Source: an uncultured Roseibium sp. (GTDB lineage Bacteria > Pseudomonadota > Alphaproteobacteria > Rhizobiales > Stappiaceae). Taken from it: a stretch of 40,000 nucleotides of DNA. Shown piece by piece: positions 17,290 to 25,851 of the stretch. Where the stretch lies: the NCBI RefSeq assembly GCF_963675985.2, contig NZ_CAXXUC010000002.1, positions 3,054,285-3,094,284 of the forward strand, read 5' to 3'. Position numbers and translations under genes: made by a program. The notes under the pieces are model-generated. The model was not told where the DNA came from. It ran no database searches and saw only the letters and a list, made by a program, of their open reading frames with translations. Each line of letters opens with the position of its first letter. Within the stretch, counting starts at the first letter, position 1.

Positions 17290-18542
17290 CCGTTGATCTC
17301 CTCAGATTTTTGCAGGGCCAAGGCCAGCATGTCCTGCCGGCAGGCGATCTTCCGGCGGGTCCTGTCCGCCGGCAGGTCGGCCGTTTCCGCCTCATCGATG
17401 CGCTTCCAGCCGGCGTAATCGACCATATTTTCGCGGCCAACAATCAGACTATCCCGACCGCCTTTTCCGGTATCCGTACCGGCGGCGTCAAGATCCGCCA
17501 ATATACGGGTGGCGAGCGCCTGAGCGTCGGCGCGGTTTTCAGGGATCGTGCCTCGCGGGCCGCGGCGGAACCAGCCGGTCGCATAGAGCCCCGGAGCGAG
17601 CGCGCCGGCCTCCACGTCTTCTGCGGCGGCGACCAGATCGTCGCGCCCCAGAGGGCCGGCAGCGGCAAATCCGACGGCTGTGATGAGACTGTCGCAGGGG
17701 CGTTCGACTGTATCGCCGCTTGCATTCCGGAAGCGGACACCGGTCACCTTGCCGCCTTCACCGGTAATCTCCGCCGGTGTCAGGCCGAAGCGGAAGGTCA
17801 GACGGCGCGGACCGGTCCCATGGCCGTCAACAGTGGCCAAGGCGTCCAGCTTCTTCTGACCGTCGCCGCTCTGAGCCGTTCCCATTTCCTCGACGCGAAT
17901 GGTCACGCCGGAAAGCTTGGAAAGTTCCTTGATCATCACCGGATCGAACTTGGCGGCTTCGGCCACAGAGCGACCGACGATATCGATCGTCTCGATATCG
18001 TTGGCGGCAAGCCAGGCGCTCGGTCCGGCTCCGAAATCGGATCCGGCCAGTTCCTCGGGCGTTTTGCCGAGGATGCGCAACAGGTCGATGGCAACATTGC
18101 CGTTGCCCATGATGACGACCTTTTTGCCGAGCGTTGGCAGGGTTTCAGCATCTGGATGCTCGTAAAGGGCGCGGGTCAGATCACCGGCGCGGATCACGCC
18201 GTCCAGATCCTCACCCGGAATACCAAGCTGCCTGTCGCCCGGAAGACCGGCTGCCAACACGACGACATCGTAGCAAGCCCGTAGGTCGTCCAGGGACACA
18301 TCGTCGCCGATGGAAAGGTTGCCGATGAAGGTTGCGCCCATGCGTTCGAACACCCGCTCGAACTGGCGCGTGATCCCCTTGGTGCCCTGGTGATCGGCGG
18401 CGACGCCGTAGCGCACCAGACCGTAAGGCACCGGCAGACGGTCGATCAGGTCAACCTTGAGTTCCGAATTGGCCTTGAGCAGGGCCTGCGCCAGGAAGCA
18501 CCCGGATGGCCCGGCTCCGATGATGGCGACGGATGCACTCAT
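17286..18542 (-). CDS. FAD/NAD(P)H oxidoreductase, adrenodoxin-reductase / FprA-like
   Basis: 418 aa. Two dinucleotide folds: AIIGAGPSGCF and VVIMGNGNVAIDLLRIL. ATGA overlap with the aldehyde dehydrogenase gene. Confidence 0.8.
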   Translation of the reverse strand: MSASVAIIGAGPSGCFLAQALLKANSELKVDLIDRLPVPYGLVRYGVAADHQGTKGITRQFERVFERMGATFIGNLSIGDDVSLDDLRACYDVVVLAAGLPGDRQLGIPGEDLDGVIRAGDLTRALYEHPDAETLPTLGKKVVIMGNGNVAIDLLRILGKTPEELAGSDFGAGPSAWLAANDIETIDIVGRSVAEAAKFDPVMIKELSKLSGVTIRVEEMGTAQSGDGQKKLDALATVDGHGTGPRRLTFRFGLTPAEITGEGGKVTGVRFRNASGDTVERPCDSLITAVGFAAAGPLGRDDLVAAAEDVEAGALAPGLYATGWFRRGPRGTIPENRADAQALATRILADLDAAGTDTGKGGRDSLIVGRENMVDYAGWKRIDEAETADLPADRTRRKIACRQDMLALALQKSEEING

Positions 18543-20035
18543 GCGGCGCCCTCCATGGCCGGCAGGGCCCAGGGATGCGGTTTACCGGAGAGATCGGTAT
18601 AGATCGACTTCTGCGCCATATAGGCGCGCATGCCTTCCCTGCCCTTCTCCCGGCCGATACCGCTGTCCTTTTCGCCGCCGAACGGGGTCGAGATGGAGAA
18701 TTGCTTGTAGGTGTTGACCCAGACCGTGCCGGTGCTGATCGCCCGGCCCACGCGCCAGGCCTTCGGGAAATCCTTTGTCCAGAGCCCCAGCGCAAGACCG
18801 TAGCTGTTGTCGTTGGACTGGGCGATGACGTCCTCTTCGCTGTCGAAGGGCAGCACCGCCAGAACCGGGCCGAACACCTCTTCGCGGCACAAGCGCGCGG
18901 TGTTGGGCAGGCCCGCGATGATCGTCGGCAGGTAATAGGCGCCCTTGGCGTAATCCGCGCCGTCCGGGGCCATTCCGCCGCAGAGGATCTCGCCGCCATC
19001 GGCGCGGGCGGCCTCCACGTGTTCGATGACGCTCTCACGATGATCGAAGTGGATCAGCGGCGCCACCTGGGTATCGGCCTCGAACGGATTGCCGACCTTG
19101 AGGCGCTTGGTGACCTCCACCAGTCGGGACACGAACCGGTCATAGATCGGCCGTTCCACGAACAGGCGCGCACCGGCGATGCAGCTCTGGCCGGTGGAGG
19201 AAAAGATTCCGAACAGGACACCTGCGATGGCCTGGTCGATATCGGCATCGGCAAAGACGATGGTCGGCGATTTGCCCCCCAGTTCGAGGGAAACCGGCAT
19301 CAGCTTTTCCGCCGCCTGACGGGCGAGCTGGCGGCCGGTGGTCGTCCCGCCGGTGAAGCTGACCCGCGCGATATCGGGATGGTCGACCAGCAGGTTGCCG
19401 ATCTCGCGGCCCGCCCCCGGCAGTACGGAGAACAGGCCTTTCGGCAGGCCTGCCGCTTCCACGATCCGCGCCAGTTCCAGGCTGACCAGCGGCGACCAGG
19501 AGGCCGGCTTGAGCAGCACCGCGTTGCCGGCGGCAAGGGCCGGCGCCACCTTCTGGGCATCCGAGGCGATCGGCGAATTCCACGGCGTGATCGCACCAAC
19601 GAGCCCGAGCGGCTCGTAGACCGACAGGGTCATTGCATCGCCGCGCTGAACGGTCAGCGCCTCGTCGGAGGTTTCCAGGACCGCGCCGAAATAGCGGAAG
19701 GTTCCCGCCGCCGACATCGCCAGCGCCCTGGTTTCCCTTAAGGTTTTGCCGGTATCGCGGGTCTGGATATAGGAAATCCGGTCCGCATTCGCTTCGATGC
19801 CGTCGGCAATGGCATAGAGATATTTCGCCCGCTCATGGGCCTTCAGATTACGCCAGGCGGGATCGGCCTGTGCTGCGCGGGCGCGCTCGATGGCGCGCAA
19901 GCCGTCGTCTTGCGACGCTCCGCGCAACACCCGGTTGACTGAACCGTCAGCGGGGAAGATCGAGGTGATTTCCGGGCCCGTGCCCACTTCCCACTCGCCT
20001 GCGACGAAAAGCTTGCCTTCAGGAAGGTCGATCAT
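18539..20035 (-). CDS. NAD(P)-dependent aldehyde dehydrogenase
   Basis: 498 aa. Catalytic Glu region LELGGKSP. Catalytic Cys region SSTGQSCIAGARLFV. Confidence 0.95.
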   Translation of the reverse strand: MIDLPEGKLFVAGEWEVGTGPEITSIFPADGSVNRVLRGASQDDGLRAIERARAAQADPAWRNLKAHERAKYLYAIADGIEANADRISYIQTRDTGKTLRETRALAMSAAGTFRYFGAVLETSDEALTVQRGDAMTLSVYEPLGLVGAITPWNSPIASDAQKVAPALAAGNAVLLKPASWSPLVSLELARIVEAAGLPKGLFSVLPGAGREIGNLLVDHPDIARVSFTGGTTTGRQLARQAAEKLMPVSLELGGKSPTIVFADADIDQAIAGVLFGIFSSTGQSCIAGARLFVERPIYDRFVSRLVEVTKRLKVGNPFEADTQVAPLIHFDHRESVIEHVEAARADGGEILCGGMAPDGADYAKGAYYLPTIIAGLPNTARLCREEVFGPVLAVLPFDSEEDVIAQSNDNSYGLALGLWTKDFPKAWRVGRAISTGTVWVNTYKQFSISTPFGGEKDSGIGREKGREGMRAYMAQKSIYTDLSGKPHPWALPAMEGAA

Positions 20036-20045
20036 CCGGGTCTCC

Positions 20046-20870
20046 TTAAATCGCGACTGGAGCGACGCGGTTCCGCAACTCGCGCAGAACGCTGTAAACG
20101 GTCGTCACGGACGTCTTGATATTGCCCGGCGACGGCAGGTTCTCGATGCGGATCGACGTGCGTGCGACGCCTGAAACCGCAGTGAATTCATGGGTGTTGC
20201 CGGACGCGGCCGGATCGGCGATCAGCTCGACCTTCGTGTCGTCGAAGCCGAGACCGGCCAGCGCGATGGTGGCCGCCACGTTGGCGTTCTTCGGGTATTG
20301 CGCGGCGGCATCTCGGGCCGTGCCGGTAAAGAACACGGTTGCTTCCTTGAGACCGTCGAGATCGACCGCGGTTTCAGCGGGCGTCCCGGCCCAGGCCGCA
20401 GGCGGCTTGCACCCCTGATAGGTGACCGACGTCAGTCCCGCCGGGCGCAAGGCGGCCAGCAGATCGATCCCGCCGACCGCACCAGCCGGCAGCACGATCC
20501 GGGCACCGCCTTCCTCGGCCGCCGCGCGAAGCTCCGCTTCCAGCTCCCGGTGCGCAAAGGCTCCGATCGAGACGAGCACCACATCAACACCCGCTTTCAG
20601 GATCGTCGGCACATGGCTGACGACGGCCTGATGGCCGGCACATTCAACGACAAAGTCGGGCTTGGCCGCCAGCAGCTCTTCGGCGCTGGAGACAGCAGCG
20701 AAGCTGCATCCCAGGCCTCCATGAGAGGCTTCAAGATCCTTGCCCAATTCGTCCGTTTTTCCCGGCAGACCGAGAACCGTGAGTGCTTCCAGCCTGATTT
20801 CCGGGGTCTCCGCAATCAGTCGCAGCAGCGTTCCGGCGATATTGCCGTATCCGATCAGTCCGAGGCGCAT
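20046..20870 (-). CDS. aspartate dehydrogenase-like (NadX/DUF108 family) amino acid dehydrogenase
   Basis: 274 aa. N-terminal Rossmann motif MRLGLIGYGNIAG. Size and layout are typical of the family. Confidence 0.7.
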   Translation of the reverse strand: MRLGLIGYGNIAGTLLRLIAETPEIRLEALTVLGLPGKTDELGKDLEASHGGLGCSFAAVSSAEELLAAKPDFVVECAGHQAVVSHVPTILKAGVDVVLVSIGAFAHRELEAELRAAAEEGGARIVLPAGAVGGIDLLAALRPAGLTSVTYQGCKPPAAWAGTPAETAVDLDGLKEATVFFTGTARDAAAQYPKNANVAATIALAGLGFDDTKVELIADPAASGNTHEFTAVSGVARTSIRIENLPSPGNIKTSVTTVYSVLRELRNRVAPVAI

Positions 20871-20873
20871 GGT

Positions 20874-22547
20874 TCAGGTCCTGTTCCCCGCGGCACCGGC
20901 GGGCGGACCGGAAAAGGCCTGGGCGAAGGGACCGATGGCGCACATGTCGACTTCGATCACCTTGGGCCCGTCGACGGAAACGGCTTCCTCGAAGGCGTCC
21001 GCAAATTCGTCCACCGAGCCGACAACCCGGTGCGGCATGCCGATGGAAGCGCAGAAGGTTGCAAAGTCCGGGGTCGACAGCGCCGAATAATGCCGGCGGG
21101 AGTCATACTGCGCATCCTGGATATTCTGGATGACGCCGTAGGCCTTGTCGTTCATCAGCACGTAGACCAGACCGGCCTTCTCTTCGACGGCCGTGATCAT
21201 CTCGGCAATGCCGAGCATGGTGCCGCCGTCGCCGAGCAGGGTCACCGCCTTGGCCTCGGGCGAGGCGATAGCCGCGCCGATGCCCATCGCCACACCCTGG
21301 CCGATACCGCCGCCAAGGGCGTGAACGCCGTGCCGGGGTTCGGCGATCCGCACATAGCGGTTGCCGAAGGTCGAGTTGGAGATGGTGACGTCCCGGACCC
21401 AGGGATGCCTGCCGCCGGAGACCCGCACGGCCAGTTCGTCCGCGATCACCCGGTAGGGACCGAGAACATCGCGCATGCGGCCTTCAGCCGTTGCCCGCGC
21501 CGCTGCGATATCAAAGGCCTGCTCCGGATCGACATCGAGCTTTTCCGGCAACAGTTCGAGGATCCGGCCCAGTGTGTCGGCGGCATCGCCATGGGCGAAG
21601 ATCTCGACAGGGTAGTTGCGGCCGCCCTGGGTGGCATCCGCATCGATCTGAACCAGGGGCGACGGCAGAACCATCGCGTTGTTATGGGTCTCGTTGCCAC
21701 GCAGCCGCGATCCGACGACGATCATCATGTCGGACTTACGGTAAAGCTCCTGGGCCTCGGGTGTCATGTTGAAGGCGCCGAGATTGCCCGGCTGCTCTTC
21801 GGAGACGATGGCACGGCCGTTGGTGCTGGTAACGATGCCGATGCCGCGGCGGTGGAGTTCGCTTGCTTCCTTGGAGGCGCCGCGGGCACCGCCGCCAAGC
21901 CACAGCAGCGGCCGCTTGGCGGACTTGAGCCTCGCGGCGATTTCCTCGACGACCGCATCAGGCGCACGCGGTGTCATCGGCACCGGCGCATGGATCGCTC
22001 CGGTCTCACAGGCCTGGGTGCGCTGAACGTCGACCGGGATCTCCAGGCTGACCGGGCCCGTCGGAGCGCTCAGGGCGGAGGAGACGGCGGCGGTCAGGGT
22101 GCCGACGGCATTGCGCGCGTCCCACATGCGGAAATAGGCCTTGGAGACACCTTTGAGCATGTCCGGCTGGCGCGGAACGTCGTGAATGGCGGCGCGGTCC
22201 CGGTCGGCGAATTCGACATCGACCTGCGTGGTGATGTGCAGGACCCGCGACCCGGCTGTCAGGGCTTCGGCCTGCGCACCGGCCGCGTTGCCGGCGGCCG
22301 TGCCTGTTGAGGTGATGACCACGCCGAGGCTCTCGGAGACCCGGGCATAGGCATCGGCCATGTTCATGGCGCCGGCCTCGCCACGCGCCGGCACGAAGCG
22401 GATCCGCTCCTGGCGGGCGATCGCGTCCAGGATCGGCATATTGTGGATCGAGATGACCCCGAACACGGTGGTCACACCGATCTCGGCGAGGTAGCGGGCG
22501 ATGAAGTCCCCGACCGTCTCAGTGATCGTGATCTTTTCCATTTTCAT
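20874..22547 (-). CDS. thiamine diphosphate-dependent enzyme (acetolactate synthase / 2-oxoacid decarboxylase superfamily)
   Basis: Start moved to the ATG at 22547 (MKMEKITITETVGDF) with a GAGGGAA ribosome-binding site. ThDP motif GDGGTMLG...VYVLMNDKAYG. Confidence 0.9.
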   Translation of the reverse strand: MKMEKITITETVGDFIARYLAEIGVTTVFGVISIHNMPILDAIARQERIRFVPARGEAGAMNMADAYARVSESLGVVITSTGTAAGNAAGAQAEALTAGSRVLHITTQVDVEFADRDRAAIHDVPRQPDMLKGVSKAYFRMWDARNAVGTLTAAVSSALSAPTGPVSLEIPVDVQRTQACETGAIHAPVPMTPRAPDAVVEEIAARLKSAKRPLLWLGGGARGASKEASELHRRGIGIVTSTNGRAIVSEEQPGNLGAFNMTPEAQELYRKSDMMIVVGSRLRGNETHNNAMVLPSPLVQIDADATQGGRNYPVEIFAHGDAADTLGRILELLPEKLDVDPEQAFDIAAARATAEGRMRDVLGPYRVIADELAVRVSGGRHPWVRDVTISNSTFGNRYVRIAEPRHGVHALGGGIGQGVAMGIGAAIASPEAKAVTLLGDGGTMLGIAEMITAVEEKAGLVYVLMNDKAYGVIQNIQDAQYDSRRHYSALSTPDFATFCASIGMPHRVVGSVDEFADAFEEAVSVDGPKVIEVDMCAIGPFAQAFSGPPAGAAGNRT

Positions 22548-22557
22548 TTTTGTTCCC

Positions 22558-23346
22558 TCAAATATGCCGGGAGACGCCGCCCGAGACCTCGATCTGTGCG
22601 CCGGTGATGTAGCTGGCGGCAGGCGAGCCCAGGAAGCAGATCGCCGCGGCGGCCTCCTCCGGCTGCCCCAGCCGTCCCAGCGGGATGCGTTTTTTCGAAG
22701 CGAGATCGGCGTACCAGTCTTCGCGGCTCTGGCTCTTGTCCTCACGGGCTTCGAACCGGCGCTGCCACTGGCCGGAATCGACCAGGCCGATCAGGATGGA
22801 ATTGACCCGCACCTTCGGCGCCAGTTCCACGCTCAGCGACTTGGCCAGGTTCTGCACGCCGGCCCGGGCGGAAGACGTGCACACCATGTGCGCTTCCGGC
22901 TGGTAGGCGAGCAGCGAATTGACCACGACGATGGCGCCGTTCGCTTCCGCCAGCATCGCCTTGAAGGCGCGCACCGGGCGGACCTGGCTGAACACCTTCA
23001 ATTCGTACTCGGCACGCCAGTCGTCATCCGACGTTTCGGCGAAGGTCGATACCCTGCCCTGGCCGGCGTTGTTGACCAGCAGATCGCACCGGCCGGACCG
23101 GTCCTGAACATCGACGGCGAAGGCCTGGACATCGGCCTCGTCGAGCACGTTCAGCGCCTTGGCAAACACCCGACCCTCACCGAATTCGGCGGTCAGTTCC
23201 GAAGCGACCTTCTGCAGTCGCTCCTCATTGCGGGCGCAGATCGCCACGTTCGCACCGCTTGCCAGAAGCAGGCGCGTCGTCGCCAATCCGATGCCTGAGG
23301 ATCCGCCGGTCACCACAGCGACCCGGCCGTCATAGCCGTAATGCAT
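22558..23346 (-). CDS. short-chain dehydrogenase/reductase family protein with a non-canonical active site
   Basis: 262 aa. Contains TGGSSGIG and NNAG. At the spacing expected for YxxxK after the catalytic Ser (VVNS), the sequence reads TSSAR. Confidence 0.85.
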   Translation of the reverse strand: MHYGYDGRVAVVTGGSSGIGLATTRLLLASGANVAICARNEERLQKVASELTAEFGEGRVFAKALNVLDEADVQAFAVDVQDRSGRCDLLVNNAGQGRVSTFAETSDDDWRAEYELKVFSQVRPVRAFKAMLAEANGAIVVVNSLLAYQPEAHMVCTSSARAGVQNLAKSLSVELAPKVRVNSILIGLVDSGQWQRRFEAREDKSQSREDWYADLASKKRIPLGRLGQPEEAAAAICFLGSPAASYITGAQIEVSGGVSRHI

Positions 23347-24260
23347 CAGTTCTTCCTCAGTTCCGGGAAGCCGGGATCGGGACGGCCCTGCATGACCGCG
23401 CGCTGCGCCGGGGTCGGCGGCCCGGCAGTCATCCAGCGGTCCATGGCTTCCGGATCGTTGCGCGACCAGACCTTGGCCTCGTGGGTCGCCTCGTCGATCT
23501 GTTGCAGTTCGGAGGTGAACTCGATCACGAAACCGGACGGCGAAACGAAATAGGCGAAGGGGTTGTTGCCCGGCCCGTGCCGGCCCGGTCCCCAGGTCGG
23601 AACATGACCCTTCTGCTTCATCCGGCCGATGCCGCGCATGAACTCGTCCAGCGTCGGCATTTCGAAGGCCACGTGATTGACGCTCGGGTAATGGGCGCGC
23701 ACCAGGGCAATCGAATGGTGATCCGTGTTGCAGCGGAGAAAGACCATCTGGTCGGCGGAATAGTCGGACACCCGGAAGCCGAGCACGTTGCAGTACCAGT
23801 CCTGAACGCCTTCCATGTCCGGTGTATTGAGCACCACATGACTGACCTTGCGCGGCATCGCCCAGTCGTCCTTCGGCTCCAGCTCCTTGGCCTCGGTGCG
23901 GAAACGCAGGCGGCGGTTGTCCGGGTCGAGCACCTCGAAACCGTAGCCGCCGCAGAAATCGGGGAACGGCGCCGGATCGCTAACAACAGCCGCGCCCGCT
24001 GCCTTCACCTGGGCATGCAGGGCGTCCATCGAGGCCCGGTCGGGCATGGAAAAGTGGACATATTCGATGCCGTAGACCGGTGCGTCCTTGAGACCGTAGA
24101 GAAACGGCTCGGTGCCCGTGCCACGCAGAAGAACTTCGTCGTTCCCCTTATGCGACAGGTCGAGGCCCCACATGTCTTCGTAAAACGGCAGCGTCTCGGT
24201 AATACCGGGTCCGCGCATCATGATGCCGCGCAGGGCGCCGACGCGTATCGGATCAGACAT
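23346..24260 (-). CDS. type I two-domain extradiol ring-cleavage dioxygenase (VOC superfamily)
   Basis: 304 aa. Candidate Fe ligands in SHVVLN, NHVAFE and IEFTSE. Its stop overlaps the next start as TGATG. Confidence 0.85.
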   Translation of the reverse strand: MSDPIRVGALRGIMMRGPGITETLPFYEDMWGLDLSHKGNDEVLLRGTGTEPFLYGLKDAPVYGIEYVHFSMPDRASMDALHAQVKAAGAAVVSDPAPFPDFCGGYGFEVLDPDNRRLRFRTEAKELEPKDDWAMPRKVSHVVLNTPDMEGVQDWYCNVLGFRVSDYSADQMVFLRCNTDHHSIALVRAHYPSVNHVAFEMPTLDEFMRGIGRMKQKGHVPTWGPGRHGPGNNPFAYFVSPSGFVIEFTSELQQIDEATHEAKVWSRNDPEAMDRWMTAGPPTPAQRAVMQGRPDPGFPELRKN

Positions 24261-24284
24261 TTTCCAGTCTCCTGTTCCGGCCCG

Positions 24285-25100
24285 TCATTGTGCGGGCGAC
24301 GTCATTGAAGCCAGCGCCAGGGCAAAAGCCTCAGGCGCCTGCTGATAAAGGGCGTGTCCCGCCGACGGCACTTCCGTGAGCGCACCGCGTGCGGACTGTG
24401 GGATGGCAGCATGGGTCTTGCGGGCGGCCTCGGGCGGCGTCACCACGTCTTCCGCACCGACAATCACGTCTGTCGGCACGGTCAGCCGGGCAGCATCGTC
24501 AAGCAGACGGCCGGACGCCAGCATGCGCACCGCCATGTCGTAGCCGGGGCTGGAGACGCGGGACATCGCATCGAAAACGCGCGCCACCAGATCCGGATTT
24601 GTCTCCGGTTCGAACACCAGCCGGGACGCACGGGCTTCGGCGAATTTTTCAGCCCCAAGGGCTGCCAGATCATCCAGCCGCTTCTGTGCCGCAGCACTCA
24701 AGGCGGACCCCGGCGTCACGCCGTGACCGAGCGCGGGCGATGCCAGTAGCAGATGCGCCACGCGGTCCGGGTAACCGGCCGCAAAGGCGGCCCCGATCAG
24801 GGTGCCGAGCGAATGGCCAACAAGCAGCACCCGATCCAGTCCGAGACGGTCCAGAAGGCCTTTCAGGGCCTCGGCATAGTCGGCGGCCTGAGGCCAATCC
24901 TTTGCCAGAGGCTCCGATCCGCCATAGCCTGGCGCGTTCCAGACAATCACCCGGAAGGTCGGGGCGATGTGATCGAGAAAGGGCGCGAACGACATCGCAT
25001 TGCTGCCGATGCCGTGAAGCAGCACCAGAACCGGACCTTCGCCCTGCGCTGGCCGTTCCAGATATTCGATACCGCCGGAAATGTGGGTCTGGACAGTCAT
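24285..25100 (-). CDS. alpha/beta hydrolase (meta-cleavage-product hydrolase-like)
   Basis: 271 aa. HG oxyanion motif VLVLLHGIG. Nucleophile elbow GHSLG. Located between the SDR and extradiol dioxygenase genes. Confidence 0.8.
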   Translation of the reverse strand: MTVQTHISGGIEYLERPAQGEGPVLVLLHGIGSNAMSFAPFLDHIAPTFRVIVWNAPGYGGSEPLAKDWPQAADYAEALKGLLDRLGLDRVLLVGHSLGTLIGAAFAAGYPDRVAHLLLASPALGHGVTPGSALSAAAQKRLDDLAALGAEKFAEARASRLVFEPETNPDLVARVFDAMSRVSSPGYDMAVRMLASGRLLDDAARLTVPTDVIVGAEDVVTPPEAARKTHAAIPQSARGALTEVPSAGHALYQQAPEAFALALASMTSPAQ

Positions 25101-25107
25101 GGGCGGC

Positions 25108-25851
25108 TCACTTGAAAACGAAACCGTTGTTGACCGGCATCACCTGGCCGGTCAGGGTCAGGGCGCCTTCGCTGACGAGGAAGGCGATCACGTCGGTGAT
25201 CTCGGAAGCTTCCTGCGGACCGGGAACCGCCCTGCCCTCGGCGTAAAGCCGATGGCGAGCTTCGGGCACGTAGTCGGTGGATTCCGTGGTCAGAATGCCC
25301 GGAGCGACAGCCGTGACGCCGATCCGTTCCGGCCCGAGCTCGCGCGCCAGCGAACGGGTCATGGACATGACCGCGCCCTTGCTGGCCACATAGGACATCA
25401 GCCGGGGCGCACCCCAGAGCGCGGTATCCGACGCGACGTTGACGATGCGGCCGGAGCCGGAGGCCGACAGCATCGGCCGGCAGGCCTTGGTCATCAGCCA
25501 GGTGCCGCGCACGTTGACGCGCATGACCCGATCCCAGCTGTCGATCTCGATCTCGTCGAAGGGAATACCGCCGATGCCGGTCGCGATCGCGCCGTTGTTG
25601 ACGAGACCGTGGAGCTTGCCGCCCGTCTCTGAAGCGACGGCCTCACCAAGCGCCTGAATGGATGCCGGCTCGCCGAGATCGACGGGAAAAAAGCGAACCG
25701 CCTCACCAAGCTCCTGTGCCACGGCACGGCCTTCCTCCTCGGCGATATCCGCCAGGATCAGCCGTGCACCATGGCCGGCAAGACTGCGGGCGATTTCGCG
25801 CCCGAGGCCACGCGCCGCGCCGGTGACGAGAATGGTCCGCTCTTTCAGCAT
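25108..25851 (-). CDS. classical SDR (dihydrodiol dehydrogenase-like)
   Basis: 247 aa. Contains TGAARGLG and the catalytic YVASK. Its start overlaps the Rieske gene stop as TAATG. Confidence 0.85.
   Translation of the reverse strand: MLKERTILVTGAARGLGREIARSLAGHGARLILADIAEEEGRAVAQELGEAVRFFPVDLGEPASIQALGEAVASETGGKLHGLVNNGAIATGIGGIPFDEIEIDSWDRVMRVNVRGTWLMTKACRPMLSASGSGRIVNVASDTALWGAPRLMSYVASKGAVMSMTRSLARELGPERIGVTAVAPGILTTESTDYVPEARHRLYAEGRAVPGPQEASEITDVIAFLVSEGALTLTGQVMPVNNGFVFK

Noticed and set aside
20190-22310. A 706-aa ORF on the plus strand, the longest alternative ORF in the window.
   Set aside because: It is entirely antisense to the ThDP enzyme and AspDH-like genes. The translation is Arg/Gly/Ala/Asp-rich low-complexity sequence with no motif. 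Long stop-free antisense frames are expected in high-GC DNA, and the minus-strand genes have clear family motifs.
8176-22547. A sulfonate (taurine/sulfoacetaldehyde) degradation theme linking the TauE/SafE permease, the NitT/TauT ABC systems and the ThDP enzyme as Xsc.
   Set aside because: The genes are dispersed and not co-oriented. No phosphotransacetylase or taurine dehydrogenase/aminotransferase gene is present. I cannot distinguish Xsc from other ThDP enzymes by eye, so this would be over-interpretation.
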